Below, piece after piece: positions 61,016 to 64,000 of a stretch of 64,000 bases of DNA. The stretch is from positions 2,208,001-2,272,000 of the forward strand of contig OY782781.1 of the NCBI GenBank assembly GCA_963678315.1, written 5' to 3'. The position numbers were made by a program, and so were the translations under genes. The stretch's first letter is position 1. Each line of letters starts with the position of its first letter. Source of the DNA: Candidatus Cloacimonadales bacterium. Lineage in GTDB: Bacteria; Cloacimonadota; Cloacimonadia; Cloacimonadales; JAFGVF01. Under the pieces are notes generated by a model. That model did no database searches. It worked only from the letters and a program-made list of their open reading frames with translations, and was not told the DNA's origin.

Positions 61016-61948
61016 TTATTTCTTATTGTTATCTACATTTAGTATTAATGGCATACCTGAAGCATTTGCATCAGTTGGAGCTATTACAAATGTAGTATTG
61101 TTACTATTTGCAAGTTCTTTGTAAGCTTGAACTGCTTCATATTGAATATAAAGTGGATCAAGTTTCTTTTGAATGATTTCTTGTGCTTCAGCAATACCTT
61201 TAGCAGTAGCTTTTCTAATTTCAGCATCTTTCTTTGCTTTAGCAAGCTCGAGTTTTTTTGTTTCAAGGTTTTGCTCTTGCACAAGTTTATTTTCGATTGA
61301 CTTCTTCACTGAAGCTGGTGGATCAACTTTTCTGATAAGAACTTTATCAGTTGTTATACCCTTAGTATCGATTATTGCTTTAAGTGAAGTTTCCATCTCA
61401 GTAGCAAACTCTTGTCTTCTTTCAATAGTTTCTTTAAAGGTATACTTAGTTGAAACATTTCTTACAACATTCTTAACTGCAGGTCTAACAATTTTTCTTT
61501 TTAACTCATTATTGTTCTTTGCAATAGTCTTATAGATTGAACTTGCTTGAGATTGATTAATATAGAACCAAACAGATAGATCAATCTTTAACTCTAGATT
61601 ATCTTTAGTGATAACAGTAATAGCATCATCACCTTGTATTTCTCCTTCTGATCTTGAAGAAGACATTGTATACTCTTGAAGTCTAACATCGTAAGTAAGA
61701 ACTTCTACAAATGGTGATTTAATATTGATACCTTCAGTCAAAGTTGAATCAAGAACTTTTCCAAATAACAATTGAATACCAACTTCACCAGCATCTATAA
61801 TTGCTATACTTTGAAACAATAGTAGAACAATAGAAACAAGTGTTACGATATTACCAACAATCTTTGTTTCTCGGTTATTTTTTGATTTAGCAACTACAAA
61901 GATAATGATACCAACAATAACGCCCAATAAAGCCATAATTCCTAACAT
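61016..61948 (-). CDS. SPFH/prohibitin-family membrane protein
   Basis: Two TM segments, AGEVGI...G, band-7 domain and A/E-rich coiled coil. Confidence 0.9.
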   Translation of the reverse strand: MLGIMALLGVIVGIIIFVVAKSKNNRETKIVGNIVTLVSIVLLLFQSIAIIDAGEVGIQLLFGKVLDSTLTEGINIKSPFVEVLTYDVRLQEYTMSSSRSEGEIQGDDAITVITKDNLELKIDLSVWFYINQSQASSIYKTIAKNNNELKRKIVRPAVKNVVRNVSTKYTFKETIERRQEFATEMETSLKAIIDTKGITTDKVLIRKVDPPASVKKSIENKLVQEQNLETKKLELAKAKKDAEIRKATAKGIAEAQEIIQKKLDPLYIQYEAVQAYKELANSNNTTFVIAPTDANASGMPLILNVDNNKK

Positions 61949-61960
61949 CTTTTATACTCC

Positions 61961-62557
61961 TTAAAATTTAAACGTCAATGAACATTGAGGAATGTACATT
62001 ACAATCTTCTTCTCAGATGATATAGTTAAAGGCCATTCAAGTGCAAAAGAAGCATGTTTTGATAATTCTAAATCTACTCCAATACCAGGACCGAAATAGT
62101 ATACATCATCATTTACAGTTTTCGATGTCTCGATATCTGTTAAATAATAGGTTGCTCTATTACTTGCATCATATACTCTTGAATAAACTTTTTTTCTATC
62201 TAATCTAACACTTCCGCCAACAAAACAATAAAATTTAGAATGTTCATAATCTTTCAATGTCTTTATTAACATTAAGCCTATTGAACCATCTAATTCCCAT
62301 CCTTTTTTAGATTTAGTAATAGTATTACCAGAAAGTCCATATTCACTAATAGTATCACTAAAATTTGGCTTTTTGTCATCAGAAGCTGTGATTCCAACTG
62401 TGATTTGATAACCAAAGTCTTTAACATATTGCCTGTAACTAAATCCTATACCAGATACAGTACCTGCTGAAAAGCCTAATCCTCTTTCAGAGTATTGCTC
62501 TCCAAAAACACTAACAACAATTAGTAAAAACATCATAACAAAACATATTTTTTTCAT
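61961..62557 (-). CDS. Putative small outer-membrane beta-barrel protein
   Basis: Signal peptide, Gly/aromatic alternating strands, and C-terminal LTFKF. Confidence 0.55.
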   Translation of the reverse strand: MKKICFVMMFLLIVVSVFGEQYSERGLGFSAGTVSGIGFSYRQYVKDFGYQITVGITASDDKKPNFSDTISEYGLSGNTITKSKKGWELDGSIGLMLIKTLKDYEHSKFYCFVGGSVRLDRKKVYSRVYDASNRATYYLTDIETSKTVNDDVYYFGPGIGVDLELSKHASFALEWPLTISSEKKIVMYIPQCSLTFKF

Positions 62558-62568
62558 ATGTTCCCCCT

Positions 62569-64000
62569 TTACATATATCTATCTATCATAACCTTTAAAT
62601 CATCCAATTTAAAAGGTTTCGCTAAGAAATCAATCATTCCTGCACTTTTACATTTCTCTTTATCTTCCTGGAAAACATTCGCTGTAAGAGCAATAATTTT
62701 AGGTCTAACAATGTTATTTTCCAAACAATAAGCAAAAATATAGTTACTTGCCTGAATGCCATCAACGTTTGGCATTTGTAAATCCATAAATATTATATCA
62801 TAAACACTCTTTTCAAACATATTAACTGCTTCCATACCGTCAACTGCTAAATCTATATTAATATCTAGCTTTTTGAACATTCTCTGAATTAGTTTTTGAT
62901 TAATCTTATTATCTTCTGCAACTAATATTTTTACATTTTGATTTGTAACTATCTCGCTGACTTTAGATTCATCATGTTTCTTTGTTATTCTAGCAATTCC
63001 ATACATATCAAATAATAGTTGATAGAACTTATTATAAATAAGAGGATAACTTAGCTGATTAACTATAGTATTATTATTGTTTTTCAATAGTTTATCTTCT
63101 GTTGTAACATAAATGAATTTTTTGTTAGTGTTTGGGAAAATAGAATTAATCTTTGTAGAATAAGCTTCATTTGAATAAATCACAACATCACTCATTTCAA
63201 TATCTTCTATGAAATTCTCGAAAGAATCGTTATCTGGAATTAATTGAACAGCTGTAACGTGCTTTTGTACAATTGATGACACTGTATTGAACAAGAGTCT
63301 ATTTGAAAGAACTAGAACTTTTAAATTCTTGATTTTATCATCATTAGTTTTGCTTATTGTTTTGTTCGATAGGCTAACTTGTATAGTGAAGGTTGTTCTT
63401 GTACCTTCTTTATATTTTGAATCAATCCATATATCACCTCCCATAGCCTTAGTTAATGATTTACATATTGCTAAGCCTAAGCCTGTGCCAGTATATCTTC
63501 TTGTATTAGAAGAATCTACTTGAGTAAATGATTCAAAAATAGTAGAAAGCTTATCTGCAGGAATACCTATTCCAGTGTCTTTTATAACAAACTCTAATTT
63601 ATATCTACCATTATTTTTTCCCGCTATCTTAACCGAAATATTTATATATCCGCTATCAGAAAATTTCCATGAGTTATTAATTATATTGATGAGTATCTGC
63701 TTTAATCTACCTCTGTCGGCAATTACATACTCTGGAAGGTCACTATCAATATCATAATATAATTTCAAGAATTTTGAATTATCTGCATAATTAACCATTG
63801 ATAAGACATCCTCAATAACACTAGGTATGTTTACTTCTGTTTCATGCAATTCAAATTTATTTGATTCAATTTTAGAAAAATCTAATATATCGTTAATAAT
63901 CCTTAATAAGCTATCACCAGATAAACTAATAGTCTCAACATATTCTCTTTGTTCTGTTGATAAACTAGTTTTAGAAAGAAGTTCAGCCATACCTAAAACA
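62569..64000 (-). CDS. Hybrid sensor histidine kinase/response regulator (5' end outside the window)
   Basis: NDILDFSKIE, DTGIGI, GTGLGL, and receiver motifs AEDN...MDLQMP...KP. Confidence 0.93.
   Translation of the reverse strand, partial: VLGMAELLSKTSLSTEQREYVETISLSGDSLLRIINDILDFSKIESNKFELHETEVNIPSVIEDVLSMVNYADNSKFLKLYYDIDSDLPEYVIADRGRLKQILINIINNSWKFSDSGYINISVKIAGKNNGRYKLEFVIKDTGIGIPADKLSTIFESFTQVDSSNTRRYTGTGLGLAICKSLTKAMGGDIWIDSKYKEGTRTTFTIQVSLSNKTISKTNDDKIKNLKVLVLSNRLLFNTVSSIVQKHVTAVQLIPDNDSFENFIEDIEMSDVVIYSNEAYSTKINSIFPNTNKKFIYVTTEDKLLKNNNNTIVNQLSYPLIYNKFYQLLFDMYGIARITKKHDESKVSEIVTNQNVKILVAEDNKINQKLIQRMFKKLDINIDLAVDGMEAVNMFEKSVYDIIFMDLQMPNVDGIQASNYIFAYCLENNIVRPKIIALTANVFQEDKEKCKSAGMIDFLAKPFKLDDLKVMIDRYM

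Noticed and set aside
1..64000. CRISPR arrays, tRNA/rRNA genes, prophage, integrase or transposase genes
   Set aside because: No repeat-spacer periodicity, no cloverleaf or rRNA-like GC-rich segment in any intergenic gap, and no ORF with such motifs.

Overview
AT-rich, gene-dense chromosomal window from an anaerobic, peptide-fermenting bacterium. FCB-group affiliation, probably Cloacimonadota, is inferred from the T9SS/FlgD-like C-terminal sorting domains, DUF4175 and the expanded SecA. It carries housekeeping and repair genes (purH partial, gdhA, mutM, uvrC, uvrB, queC, topA, smg-like, secA, hflX) and amino-acid fermentation genes (aminotransferase plus Vor-type oxidoreductase, IorAB, tryptophanase, M18 and M28 peptidases). 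Most notable: (1) A tightly coupled biotin operon, bioB-bioA-[dehydratase/ketoreductase fusion]-[enlarged ACP]-[ketosynthase]-[second hotdog subunit]-bioF-bioD. It has no bioC/H/W/I/Z, its dehydratase active site appears split over two proteins, and a BirA-operator-like palindrome lies over its ribosome-binding site. This suggests a dedicated type II FAS/PKS-like route to pimeloyl-ACP. (2) An 1825-aa Ser/Thr kinase-degenerate NTPase-TPR-GAF-His kinase coupled to uvrC-uvrB. (3) Two families of dispersed intergenic structured repeats. (4) A SpoVG-like gene in the position usually held by hfq. (5) A 980-bp tandem duplication of a secreted protein gene. I found no rRNA, tRNA, CRISPR array, transposase or integrase. 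All calls come from reading motifs by eye; no searches were run.
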